DNA of 64,000 nucleotides from Octopus sinensis (taxonomy: Eukaryota), in NCBI RefSeq assembly GCF_006345805.1, contig NC_043017.1, forward strand, positions 32,860,001-32,924,000. The letters are read 5' to 3'. A program made the translations under genes and the position numbers. The notes below the pieces were generated by a model that was not told where the DNA came from, searched no databases, and saw nothing but the letters and a program-made list of their open reading frames with translations. Positions 1 through 11,671 of the stretch are shown here, piece by piece (position 1 is the stretch's first letter; each line of letters opens with the position of its first letter).

Positions 1-2945
1 GTGCACCACAAATACAGTGCTCAGATGTACCACAAATACAGTGCTCAGGTGCACCACAAATACATGCTCAGGTGCACCACAAATACAGTGCTCAGGTGCA
101 CCACAAATACAGTGCTCAGGTGCACCACAATACAGTGCTCAGGTGCACCACAAATACAGTGCTCAGGTGCACCACAATACAGTGCTCAGGTGCACCACAA
201 ACACAGTGTTAGGTGCACCACAAATACAGTGCTCAGGTGCACCAAAATACAGTGCTCAGGTGCACCACAAATACAGTGCTCAGGTGCACCACAAATACAG
301 TGCTCAGGTGCACCACAAATACAGTGCTCAGGTGCATCACAAATACAGTGCTCGGGTGCACCACAAATACAGTGCTCAGGTGCACCACAATACAGTGCTC
401 AGGTGCACCACAAATACAGTGCTCAGGTGCACCACAAACACAGTGTTAGGTGCACCACAAACACAGTGTTAGGTGCACCACAAATACAGTGCTCAGGTGC
501 ACCACAAATACAGTGCTCAGGTGCACCACAAACACAGTGTTAGGTGCACCACAAATACAGTGCTCAGGTGCACCACAAACACAGTGTTAGGTGCACCACA
601 AATACAGTGCTCAGGTGCACCGCAAATACAGTGCTCAGGTGCACCACAAATACAGTGCTCAGGTGCACCACAAACACAGTGTTAGGTGCACCACAAACAC
701 AGTGTTAGGTGCACCACAAACACAGTGTTAGGTGCACCACAAATACAGTGCTCAGGTGCACCACAAATACAGTGCTCAGATGTACCACAAATACAGTGCT
801 CAGGTGCACCACAAATACAGTGCTCAGGTGCACCACAAATACAGTGCTCAGGTGCACCACAAATACAGTGCTCAGGTGCACCACAAATACAGTGCTCAGG
901 TGCACCACAAATACAGTGCTCAGGTGCACCACAATACAGTGCTCAGGTGCACCACACATACAGTGCTCATGTGCACCACAATACAGTGCTCAGGTGCACC
1001 ACAAATACAGTGCTTAGGTGCACCACAAATACAGTGCTCAGGTGCACCACAAATACAGTACTCAGGTGCACCACAAATACAGTGCTCAGGTGCACCACAA
1101 ATACAGTGCTCAGGTGCACCACAATACAGTGCTCATGTGCACCACAAATACAGTGCTCAGGTGCACCGCAAATACAGTACTCAGGTGCACCACAAATACA
1201 GTGCTTAGGTGCACCACAAATACAGTGCTCAGGTGCACCACAATACAGTGCTCAGGTGCACCGCAAATACAGTGCTCAGGTGCACCACAAATACAGTGCT
1301 TAGGTGCACCACAAATACAGTGCTCAGGTGCACCACAATACAGTGCTCAGGTGCACCACAAATACAGTGCTCAGGTGCACCACACATACAGTGCTCATGT
1401 GCACCACAATACAGTGCTCAGGTGCACCGCAAATACAGTGCTCAGGTGCACCACAAATACAGTGCTTAGGTGCACCACAAATACACTGCTCAGGTGCACC
1501 ACAATACAGTGCTCATGTGCACCACAATACAGTGCTCAGGTGCACCACAAATACAGTGCTCAGGTGCACCACAAATACAGTGCTCGGGTGCACCACAAAT
1601 ATAGTGCTCGGGTGCACCACAATACACTGCTCAGGTGCACCACAAATACAGTGCTCAGGTGCACCACAAATACAGTGCTCGGGTGCACCACAATACACTG
1701 CTCAGGTGCACCACAAATACAGTGCTCAGGTGCACCACAAATACAGTGCTCGGGTGCACCACAAATATAGTGCTCGGGTGCACCACAATACACTGCTCAG
1801 GTGCACCACAATACAGTGCTCATGTGCACCACAATACAGTGCTCAGGTGCACCACAAATACAGTGCTCAGGTGCACCACAAATACAGTGCTCGGGTGCAC
1901 CACAAATACAGTGCTCAGGTGCACCACAAATACAGTGCTCGGGTGCACCACAAATATAGTGCTCAGGTGCACCACAAATACAGTGCTCAGGTGCACCACA
2001 AATACAGTGCTCAGGTGCACCACAAATACACTGCTCATGTGCACCACAATACAGTGCTCAGGTGCACCACAAATACAGTGCTCAGGTGCACCACAAATAC
2101 AGTACTCAGGTGCACCACAATACAGTGCTCAGGTGCACCACAAATACAGTGCTCAGGTGCACCACAAATACACTGCTCATGTGCACCACAAATACAGTGC
2201 TCAGGTGCACCACAAATACAGTACTCAGGTGCACCACAATACAGTGCTCAGGTGCACCACAAATACAGTGCTCAGGTGCACCACAAATACACTGCTCATG
2301 TGCACCACACAAATACAGTGCTCAGGTGCACCACAAATACAGTGCTCAGGTGCACACCACAAATACAGTACTCAGGTGCACCACACAATACAGTGCTCAG
2401 GTGCACCATAAATACAGTGCTCAGGTGCACCACAAATACAGTACTCAGGTGCACCACAATACAGTGCTCAGGTGCACCACAAATACAGTGCTCGGGTGCA
2501 CCACAAATACAGTGCTCAGGTGCACCACAAATACAGTACTCAGGTGCACCACAATACAGTGCTCAGGTGCACCACAAATACAGTGCTCAGGTGCACCACA
2601 AATACAGTGCTCAGGTGCACCACAATACAGTGCTCAGGTGCACCACAAATACAGTGCTCAGGTGCACCACAAATACAGTGCTCATGTGCACCACAATACA
2701 GTGCTCAGGTGCACCACAAATACAGTGCTCAGGTGCACCACAAATACAGTACTCAGGTGCACCACAATACAGTGCTCAGGTGCACCACAATACAGTGCTC
2801 AGGTGCACCACAAATACAGTGCTCATGTGCACCACAATACAGTGCTCAGGTGCACCACAAATACAGTGCTCAGGTGCACCACAAATACAGTACTCAGGTG
2901 CACCACATTACAGTGCTCAGGTGCACCACAATACAGTGCTCAGGT
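1..2945. repeat. Minisatellite, 24/23-bp unit GTGCACCACA(A)ATACAGTGCTCAG, about 124 copies, continues beyond window start
   Basis: Unit read directly; variants ACACAGTGTTAG, GCTTAG, CTCATG, CTCGGG, CACTGC, TACTC; ends at ...GTGCTCAGGTATGG 2945. Confidence 0.98.
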
Positions 2946-3199
2946 ATGGACGCTTGACCACTAGAGATAGCAGCAACTCACCTCTCCACCAGCAATGTAT
3001 AGATTGCAAGTGCTCAGAACAGGTGCAGGTGTTGCAATTAGCCAGTGAGCTCATTAAAAAATATATGAGTGTCAGAGGCAGTATAAATACTAAGAGCTAA
3101 TATTTATCCCTATTTAAATGTGGATGCTCAACCGCTAGAAATAGCAGTGACTCACTTCTCTGCCTGTGATATACAGTCTTTCATTTGTGAACGCAGAAT

Positions 3200-3430
3200 G
3201 GACTAAGTGGTTTGAGTGGTTCACTCATGATTGTAGGATTGTGATTGTGATTCCCAGACTTAGTGGTGTGTTTTGTTCTTGAAAGAAACAAATCCTTTTG
3301 TGCCACTCTAGCTGATTCAGTTGTAAATGAATAAATCTGCAATGGACTGGCATCCAGTTCCCAGTAAATATTGTAACCTCAGGCACTTACACACCATGAA
3401 AACTAGGAAACTGGCCCTTTCAGTCCTAGG
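3200..3430 (+). mobile_element. Old tRNA-headed SINE, group E
   Basis: Degenerate head GACTAAGTGGTT...GATTCCCAGAC, then TGTGTTTTGTTCTTGA and GCAATGGACTGGCATCC as in 11672-11925. Confidence 0.55.
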
Positions 3431-3727
3431 GCTCTGATTGTTGATGTCCAGGAGTTGACAATGATGATGATTCTTTCCTTTGATAAAGTACATATTGTGA
3501 TTTTAGAGAGTTATTTGGCTGTTATTTCAGGCATATCAAACAGAGGCTCTCATGCTTGCTCATGGTTATGCTAGTATTTGTAAGAATGAACAACAAGGTC
3601 AGTTTTGAGGATGTTTGGCTTGACAGACAAAATGACGAAAGGTCAAGAAGAGAGATTATGCTTCAGAGATAGGTAACCCATAACAACATAGAAAAAACAA
3701 ACATTATTTCAATAATGCTGATTATAA

Positions 3728-4110
3728 CCAGACACAGTTAGATGATTCCTGAAGGACCCTTCACCAAGGAAGAAACGATTCAATTGTGGGACCTCCAAGA
3801 CTGTGACTGTTAGGGATTTAAGGAATATCAGCTGCAAGTTATGTGGGAAACTTGGACAGACAAGCAAAGCCATTTTCACTGCCTCCAGACTTCCTCATGT
3901 ACCGAAAAACCACCAGAAATCATATCCTCAGGACAATGGCTTCCATGCGAGAGTCCCTGAAACTGCCTCTTTTAACACCCCATCACAGGAGTTTGAGGCT
4001 TCAATGGGCCCAAATGTACATGACGTTAGACATGAGTTGTGTTCTGTTCACTGACGAAACCAGGGTGACCCTTGATGGACCTGACTTTTGGGTTAATGGT
4101 TTGGTCTTTT
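3728..4110 (+). pseudogene. Tc1-like transposase relic (HTH to first catalytic D)
   Basis: Joined translation TVR*FLKDPSPRKKRF..VRDLRNISCKL..TSKAIFTASRLPHVP/KTTRNHILRTM..PLLTPHHRSLRLQWAQMYM..VLFTDETRVTLDGPDFW; frameshift in A5 run 3905-3909. Confidence 0.85.
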
Positions 4111-4319
4111 CTATTGACTCCAGATGGATGAAAGATAAAATTGACTTTGATAGAATTTGGACCCAGAATGTAACATGATAGAACAAATACTGCAAAGCAT
4201 TCTGTTCAATGTTTAAATAATAACTTGGCCAACTTGTGACCCTTTATTTGTAGATGATAATATGAAGATAAACTATAAGAATATACCTACAAGCAAAAAT
4301 GGATCCCTAATCCATTGCA

Positions 4320-4545
4320 GGTAAGCAAATATTAGAACAATGTTTGTCTGTTGTTGACAATGTCTAAGGACATCATACGAGGGAAGAAGATGAGTCATGG
4401 TGCATCCGGTTGTGGCTGATCAAGCTGATGCATGCTGGGAAGGTCCTGTTGCAGGTTGGGCACTGGTGGTCTGCCACGAATGAAGGCCAGGGGTTTGGCT
4501 CTGGACTTGTACAGCTCATGTTTTCTTTTTGCTCCTACAATCCTA
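4320..4545 (-). mobile_element. RTE-clade LINE 3' end with C2H2 knuckle
   Basis: Minus strand AKRKHELYKSRA / HQCPTCNRTFPACISLISHNRMH, typical RTE ORF2 C-terminus. Confidence 0.7.
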
Positions 4546-4624
4546 TAAACGAATATACTCATCTTTACACCACTTTAAGTTTACTTATTTATTCCAATAG
4601 CAGGACCATTTTTCTCATGTGATT

Positions 4625-5122
4625 TTCATCATCATCATCATCGTTTAACGTCCGCTTTCCGTGCTAGCATGGGTTCAACGATTTGACTGAGGTCTGGCGA
4701 ACCAGACTCCAATCTGATCTACAGTTTCTACAGTTGGATGCCTTTCCTAACACCAACCACTCTGAGAGTTTAGTGGCTGCTTTTACGTGCCATCGGCACG
4801 AGGGCCAGTTAGGTGGCACTGGCAACAGCCATGCTCAAATGCTGCTTTTTATGTGCCACTTGCACAGGAAGCAGTCCAGTGGCACTGGCAATGATCTCCC
4901 TCGAATGTTTTTTTCACGTGCCACCAGCACAAATGCTAGTAAGGCGACACAGGTAACAATCACGCTCGAATGGTGTGTTTAATGTGCCATCGGCACAAAG
5001 GCCGGCTTGTTGCTCTGGCAACGATCTCACTCGTATGGTACTCTTAGCGCTCCACTAGCAACGGATGCCAGTCACCGAGTTTGATTTCGATTTCAATTTC
5101 ACTTGCCTCAACAGGTCTTTGC
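4625..5122 (-). mobile_element. Family B retroposon (GAT-tailed)
   Basis: (TCA)n-CGTTTAACGTCCGCTTTCC tail, GTGCCA modules, CACTTGCCTCAACAGGTC 5' segment. Confidence 0.85.
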
Positions 5123-5219
5123 AATCGAATTTGATTTCGATTATTTTTTTTTATCCCATGCAAAGCTTGAGGTCACTGTAAGCATAAAGGTCTACAATGT
5201 AGGAAAAGAAGGGGTCTAC

Positions 5220-5430
5220 AAATTCAAAAAGGTGTTGATTGACAGGAGGCTTAAAGAACTGAATATAATAGACCCAAGGAAAATATGGTGATGGGAATGA
5301 GCGATAAAGTGTAGCAGTTCAAGGAAAGAAACTATGAGAATAAAAAGTCTTATGACTAGCTGAAAACTCAACAGAGAAACTATACATCTGGGAAGAGAAG
5401 CAGGTGCCATGTTTAAAGGTTTTGACGGAA
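5220..5430 (+). mobile_element. Possible CR1/L2 LINE ORF2 3' relic
   Basis: RRLKELNI resembles ERLKxLNL of CR1-type ORF2 ends; heavily decayed. Confidence 0.3.
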
Positions 5431-5603
5431 GGTGCTAGACCCCCGAATTTCATCTGAGCAATAGCTGTGAAAATACTTAGAGAAAAGCCACAACAAAGAT
5501 ATATTTTAACTATAGTATAGTATGAAAACCTGCCCCAAATCTCATCTTATAATTTTAAGAAGGAAGTATGCATTGTCCATCATGGTTCTAGATGTATAGG
5601 ACC

Positions 5604-5825
5604 TTTTTTACTCTTTTTTACTTGTTTCAGTCATTTGACTGCAGCCATGCTGGAGCACCGCCTTTAATCGAGCAAATCGACCCCAGGACTTATTCTTTGT
5701 AAGCCTAATACTTATTCTATCGGTCTCTTTTGCCGAACCGCTAAGTAACGGGGACATAAACACACCAGCATCAGTTGTCAAGCAATGCTAGGGGGACAAA
5801 CACAGACACACAAACACACACATGC

Positions 5826-5856
<31 letters not shown>

Positions 5857-5962
5857 CGATGGGCTTCTTTCAGTTTCCGTCTACCAAATCCACTCACAAG
5901 GCTTTGGTCGGCCCGAGGCTATAGTAGAAGACACTTGCCCAAGGTGCCACGCAGTGGGACTG

Positions 5963-6001
<39 letters not shown>

Positions 6002-6109
6002 TACGGTGGGCTTCTTTCAGTTTCTGTCTACCAAATCCACTCACAAGACTTTGGTCGGCCCGAGGCTATAGTAGAAGACACTTGCCCAAGGTGCCACGCA
6101 GTGGGACTG

Positions 6110-6148
<39 letters not shown>

Positions 6149-6310
6149 TACGATGGGCTTCTTTCAGTTTCTGTCTACCAAATCCACTCACAAGACTTTG
6201 GTCGGCCCGAGGCTATAGTAGAAGACACTTGCCCAAGTTGCCACGCAGTGGGACTGAACCCGGAACCATGTGGCTGGTAAACAAGCAACATACCACACAG
6301 CCACTCCTGC
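5604..6310 (-). mobile_element. SINE A with internal 147-bp triplication
   Basis: (TTTTACTC)n tail, A/B-box head; TGGGCTTCTTTCAG recurs at 5860, 6007, 6154. Confidence 0.92.
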
Positions 6311-6495
6311 ACCTATTAGAAATAGCAGTCAAATCTTCCTCAAATTGCTCTGTGCCTACTTGGAAAAGGAAGAATGTTTAAAACAATGCAGTGCTAAATT
6401 CACAAGTTCTAGAGAAAAAAAAATGAGACGATCATAGCTTAGAATGTGATTAATCATAAACTGACCAACCTTAGGCTAAACAACAAAAATAATCA
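6311..6495 (+). mobile_element. Family F interspersed repeat (CTAGAAATAGCAGC...GGCTAAACAACAA)
   Basis: Motifs shared with 2946-2990, 3120-3165, 15935-16160 (-), 59290-59372 (-). Confidence 0.55.
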
Positions 6496-7149
6496 TATTT
6501 TCCTGTGAAATGAGGCAGAACATTTTTTTTTTATCTGCAGCATCATATGTGCAGATGTATCCTCATGCCTTTGTATTTGTTACCATTTCTATGCGCTTCT
6601 GTTTATATGTTTAAGTATATATATTCATGTGTTAGCATATTTTTGCATAAATGTTTGAATATATATATATATATGCATATGTTTGCACTTGTATATATGC
6701 ATATGTTTGCACTTGTATATATGACTGTTTATGTGTTTGCTGTTTGCTATTCGCTTTCAAGTGGTTGAATGTTTGCTTTTGATATTTTCCCCTTTTCCAA
6801 AATGCTCAAATTATTATAATTCTTTTTTATATTCTAATAATTTCAGAACTGCATACTTCAAAATTATTCAATAATTTTCTCTGTTCAATTGTTGTTGATG
6901 TTGCTCTTATTCATTCTGCCATCACTTTTCTCCCTAGCATTTCAAATATTTTACATAAAGAAAGCTGTAATAGCGATTCTCTGTAAACAAAAGCAAAACA
7001 TTTAATTCCCTGTAGCTTTATATATTATCATCGTGTCGTTTCTAAAATCAAGAATAATATTTTGTGTTGCTATGTGCCAAACGGCTACACACATTGTACT
7101 AAAACATCTACCAAACACTCAAGCTGGAAACGACTCTCGACTTGTATGC

Positions 7150-7611
7150 TGAACAACAACAACAACAACAGCAGCAGCAGCTGATCAGGAATTTGGACCT
7201 GGAGATCTCCATTTCCAGCGACTTCGAGGGCCACCTCCCCAGTGGTGTCGGGCGTCAAAGAAGAGCCTTGACTACTACAAGACGACCAAATTTTTTTTTT
7301 TTTTCAAGGTCTGGGGTCTCCCGCTCCTAAGCCCTAGACCACCACCTAATCACCCTCACCCATCTTGTTGCCTTACAACAACGACAACAAAAACACCAAC
7401 AGCAGCAGCAGTTGTTCAAGAATTTGGACCTGGAGATCTCCATTTCCAGCGACTTCGAGGGCCACCTCCCAAGTGGTGTCGGGCGTCAATGAAGAGCCCT
7501 CGACTACAACAAGACGACCAAATTTTTAAAAAATTTTTTTCCCAAGGTCTGGGGTTTCCCGTCCCTAAGCCCTAGACCATCACCTAATCACCCTTACCCG
7601 TCTTGTTGCTT

Positions 7612-7620
<9 letters not shown>
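7150..7620. repeat. Tandem duplication of a 231-bp GC-rich unit bounded by (CAA)n/(CAG)n
   Basis: GAATTTGGACCTGGAGATCTC at 7189 and 7420; units about 90% identical. Confidence 0.92.
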
Positions 7621-7648
<28 letters not shown>

Positions 7649-7725
7649 GCAATAACAACTACAACAGCAACTGCAGCAGCATCTACCACAACAACAACAA
7701 CAACAGAAAGAACAACAGCAGCAGC
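7612..7725. repeat. (CAA)n/(CAG)n microsatellite
   Basis: Read directly. Confidence 0.9.
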
Positions 7726-7810
7726 TACAGTAATAAAAGCTTCGCATTTTGGCACAAGGCCAGCAGCTTCAGGGGAGGGGGGGACAATCGATCACATCGA
7801 CCCCAGTGTT

Positions 7811-7907
7811 TATTTCTTTATTGCCCACAAGGGGATAGACATAGAGGGGACAAACAAGGACAGACAAAGGGATTAAGTCAATTTACATCGACCCCAGTGC
7901 ATAACTG
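7811..7907 (-). mobile_element. SINE C 3' fragment within older C-like SINE sequence
   Basis: TATTTCTTTATTGCCCACAAGGGG tail; ACATCGACCCCAGTG. Confidence 0.75.
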
Positions 7908-8061
7908 ATAATAATAAATCTTTCTAGTATAGTCACAGGACATGAAATTTTGGAGGTGAGAGCTAAGTCAATTACATCAACCCCAGTTTTCAACTGGTTC
8001 TTATTTCGTCAATCCCAAAAGGAAAAAAGGTGAAGTTGACCACAACAATTTAGGGGGGGGG

Positions 8062-8440
8062 GAAGCACTCCGTCGGTTACGACGATGAGGGTTCCGGTTG
8101 ATCCGAACCAACGGAACAGCCTGCTCGTGAAATTAACGTGTAAGTGGCTGAGCACTCCACAGACACGTGAACCCTTAACGTAGTTCTCGGGGATATTCAG
8201 CGTGACACAGAGAGTGACAAGGCCGGCCCCTTGAAATACAGGTACACAGAAACAGAAAGTAAGAGTGAGAGAAAGTTGTGGTGAAAGAGTACAGCAGGGA
8301 TCACCACCATCCCCTGCCGGAACCTCGTGGAGCTTTAGGTGTTTTCGCTCAATAAACACAACGCCCGGTCTGGGAATCGAAACCGCGATCCTATGACCGC
8401 GAGTCCGCTGCCCTAACCACTGGGCCATTGCGCCTCCACT
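8062..8440 (-). mobile_element. tRNA-headed SINE D
   Basis: Head GGCGCAATGGCCCAGTGGTTAGGGCAGCGGACTCGCGGTC...GGTTTCGATTCCC (A and B boxes); possible TSD CACAAC(A/G)ATT at 8041 and 8442. Confidence 0.88.
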
Positions 8441-8494
8441 TCACAACGATTATATGGTGCTTTGAAAGTGTGAGATTCAGCATTGGTCATTCAA

Positions 8495-8836
8495 AGATGT
8501 GCCAATGAAACTAAGTGCAAACTTGAGGAATTTGTAGGACCAGAAGCACTACTTCACTCTTGCACCATCAGATTAGCATCTTTTCTGAGCCGTGGATCAT
8601 TTTCTGCTAGAACAGAGGTTCAACGATGTAGATAAGGTAAAAAATGGGTGCAGGGATTATTTTGCCTCTAAAACAGACAAATGGTAAAAACGTGGAATCA
8701 AGCTTCTGGCATAATGATGGCAACAGACAAAAGAGTATGATGGAATATATCCTGATGAATAAACACTTTTTGTGCGTAATTTGTTGGAACTATTAATTGA
8801 AGCTTGAAATATGAAAACTGTTTTGACTCAATCTGG
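8495..8836 (+). pseudogene. Mariner (DD34D) transposase C-terminal relic and 3' end
   Basis: ETKCKLEEFVGPEALLH / LAPSD*HLF*AVDHFLLEQRFNDVDKVKNGCRDYFASK..W*KRGIKLLA**W..YDGIYPDE*; ends at TA 8837. Confidence 0.85.
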
Positions 8837-9134
8837 TATGTATGTATGTATGTATGTATGTATGTATGTATGTATGTATGTATGTGTGTATGTATGTGTG
8901 TATGTATGTGTGTATGTATGTATGTATGTATGTATGTATGTATGTATGTATGTGTGTATGTATGTATGTTTGTATGTATGTAAGTATGTATGTATGTTTG
9001 TATGTATGTATGTATGTATGCATGTATGTGTGTGTATGCATGTATGCATGTATGTATGTATGTATGTATGTATGTATGTATGTATGTATGCATGTATGTA
9101 TGTATGTATCCATGTATGTATGTATATATGTATG

Positions 9135-9168
<34 letters not shown>

Positions 9169-9215
9169 TGTATGCATGCATGCATGTATGTATGTATGTA
9201 TGTATGTATGTATGT
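8837..9215. repeat. (GTAT)n microsatellite
   Basis: Read directly. Confidence 0.97.
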
Positions 9216-9590
9216 AGGGTCTTCCAATGATGCTGACATGCAAGACCCCGCCTCAGTAAAGCTGGACTCAAGAGTCATCTTCGTAGTCATAAAGCGAGAC
9301 AGATGAGTGACAACCTGGCCACTGGTGGTGGGGTTACACACCATACTAATCATATCTGTCGGGCATGTGGAAAAGAGTGTAATTCGGCAGGAGGACTTAA
9401 ACGACATGCAAAGGTACATGAAGCCCAATTACAACTACAGCCGGCTATTAACAGTAAAGGTTTTAGTTGCCAATTCTTTACAAGACATTGTAGATCTTTA
9501 GCTGGGCTAAAAAGTCACTTTCGATCACAGCACCAATAATAGTTAAGCTTCATGCAATGGCCATACGCAATAACGAGGGGGCAGCCATAA
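9216..9590 (+). mobile_element. 5'-truncated LINE 3' end (RTE-like) with three C2H2 fingers and (ATGT)n tail
   Basis: C*HARPRLSKAGLKSHLRSH / HICRACGKECNSAGGLKRHAKVH / FSCQFFTRHCRSLAGLKSHFRSQH**, then ATGGCCATAC..ATAACGAGGGGGCAGCCAT-(ATGT)n. Confidence 0.7.
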
Positions 9591-9613
9591 TGTATGTATG
9601 TACGTATGTATAT

Positions 9614-9830
9614 GTAAGGCATGTGGAAGAGTGTGTAATTCGGCAGGAGGTCTTAAACGACATGCAAAGGTACATGAAGCCTAGTTACAACTACAGCCAG
9701 ACAGCCGGCTATTACCGGTAAAGGTTTTAGTTGCCAATTCTGGGCTAAAAAGTCACATTCGATCACAGCACCAGTAACAGTTAAGCTTCGAGGCAATGGC
9801 CATACTTGATAACGAGGGGGCAGCCATCAG
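9614..9830 (+). mobile_element. Second, shorter copy of the same LINE 3' end
   Basis: Aligns to about 9362-9590 with a small deletion; followed by (GTAT)n 9831-9900. Confidence 0.8.
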
Positions 9831-9861
<31 letters not shown>

Positions 9862-10399
9862 TGTATGTATCCATGCATGCATGTATGTATGTATGTATGC
9901 ATATTAGCATGCCTGTGAGAGGAGCTCAGCATTCTATTCTTAAGCTTTTCCTTTTTAACCTAAACTGGAAAAATTTTTCCGATTAAAATATTTGCTAAAC
10001 TGACTAGAACAATGTTCCTTTTATTAATTCCTTGGCATTTCCCATTACTCAGAAAGAAATTACTGGCATGCAATGTTGCTGTTGTTGTTGTTGTTGTTGT
10101 TAGTAGTAGTAGTAGTAGTAGTAGTAGAGTTCATTAAGCAGGACGAGATCTTTACCGTTTATATTTCAAATTGACATGTTTTGCTTGTTTTTTTTTTTTT
10201 TGTATATATCAAGAAAATTAATATCTTCTAAATTCTTGTATTTTAATTAAATCTAATAACCGGATGAACACTGCCACAACGAATACCACTACTCCAGCTG
10301 CTACTACGACTGTTCTGTCTACTCTAGAGAAATATGAGAGTACTTGAGCACATTACTACAAGCTAACAAAACAATGGTCACCTATAGTGTAAAGTATGA

Positions 10400-10800
10400 A
10401 GTAGTAAAGACTCCCTTCGGTCACAAATGACCATGAGTTTGCACCTAGAGAATTACCTATTTCTTTATTACCCACAAGGGGCTAAACACAGAGAGGACAA
10501 ACAAGGACAGACATAGGTATTAAGTCGATTACATTGACCCCAGTGCGTAACTGGTACTTAATTTATCGACCCTGAAAGGATGAAAGGCAAAGTCGACCTT
10601 GGCGGAATTTGAACTCAGAACGTAGCCGCTGACGAAATACCACTAAGCATTTCGCCCGGCGTGCTAATGCTTCTGCCAGCTTGCACCTAGAGAATTACCC
10701 TCCGAGGGCAAAAGTCCAGGCAAGGTTGTTTACGGAAGACCAGCAGTCACCCAGGCATAGCAATCTCCCCTCTCCACGCCACTGATGTTGTCCAAGGGAA
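10400..10800 (+). mobile_element. Unclassified interspersed repeat hosting a SINE C insertion
   Basis: GC-richer block GTAGTAAAGACTCCCTTCGG...CCAAGGGAAAAG split by the insertion at 10458-10680. Confidence 0.45.
10458..10680 (-). mobile_element. SINE C with perfect 19-bp TSD
   Basis: TTGCACCTAGAGAATTACC at 10439-10457 and 10681-10699; B-box GAGTTCAAATTCC on minus strand. Confidence 0.93.
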
Positions 10801-10814
10801 AGACCAGTTATGTT

Positions 10815-10945
10815 GCAACTCATTTCTACAGCTGAGTGAACTGGAGAAATGTGAAATAAAGTGTCTTGCTCAAGAACACAACATACAACCCAGTCCAGGA
10901 ATTGAACTCACTACCTCGTGGGTGTGAGCCCAGTGTTCTAACCCC
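10815..10945 (-). mobile_element. SINE E 5' half
   Basis: CAGCTGAGTGAACTGG..GTGTCTTGCTCAAGAACAC matches 11790-11850. Confidence 0.65.
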
Positions 10946-11005
10946 TGAGTCATGTGCCTTTGCAAAGTACTGTCCTTGCAATTCTACAATGTTTATTGTA
11001 AAATC

Positions 11006-11420
11006 ATTTACTTATTTCTTTACTACCCACAAGGGGCTAAACATAGAGGGGACAAACAATGACAGATAAAGGGATTAAGCCGATTACATCGACCCCAGTG
11101 CATAACTGGTACTTATTTAATCGACCCCAAAGGATGAACGGCAAAGTCGACCTCGGCGGAATTTGAACTCAGAACGCAGCGGCAGACGTAATACCTATTT
11201 CTTTACAACCCACAAGGGGCTAAACACAGAGGGGACAAACAAGTAGAGACAAATGGATTAAGCCAATTACATTGACCCTAGTGCGTAACTGGTACTTATT
11301 TAATCGACCCCAAAAGGATGAAAGGCAAAGTCGACCTCAGCGGAATTTGAACTCGGAACATAATGGCAGACGAAATACGGCTACGCATTTCGCCCGGCGT
11401 GCTAACGTTTCTGCCACCTT
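11006..11420 (-). mobile_element. SINE C head-to-tail dimer
   Basis: Two bodies joined at AAAGAAATA|GGTATTACGTC (read on minus strand, about 11195). Confidence 0.88.
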
Positions 11421-11671
11421 CTTGTAAAATTATTTACCCTCAGGCTGACAGAGACTGTATAACTTAATCCTGTTATACCATGTTTCTGCTAGAGCTTAAG
11501 CAGCTTAAACCCCCACCTCTGCCAGATGCCTGCTAAGATGCTAATCAACAACACACACAGAATAAGAAGATGAGATTCTAAAACTACACAAACCATCACA
11601 TTGCAGTTTTGTAGTCAAGTGTGTTCATCACTCATTGTTAATGGTGCCCTTCATAAATTATTGTTTACTTG

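Noticed and set aside
1-2945. CRISPR-like array (also considered for 18938-19759)
   Set aside because: Contiguous tandem units without unique spacers; eukaryotic context; no cas genes.
1-3100. Long ORFs (HHKYSAQV / LRCTTNTV / QIQCSGAP repeats, up to 598 aa)
   Set aside because: The 24-bp unit is stop-free in all plus frames, and 23-bp units shift frame freely, so there is no frame conservation.
8365-8440. tRNA genes at SINE heads (also A, C and E heads)
   Set aside because: A/B boxes are present, but the heads run into SINE bodies and tails; I could not build full cloverleaves.
8698-9428. HTYI/MYVC, HT and CV-rich ORFs here and at 31433-32142, 36156-37017, 38294-38781
   Set aside because: Translations of microsatellites.
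9303-9539. Host C2H2 zinc-finger gene
   Set aside because: No TGEKP linkers, an upstream in-frame stop, a retroposon-type tail, and a tandem truncated copy.
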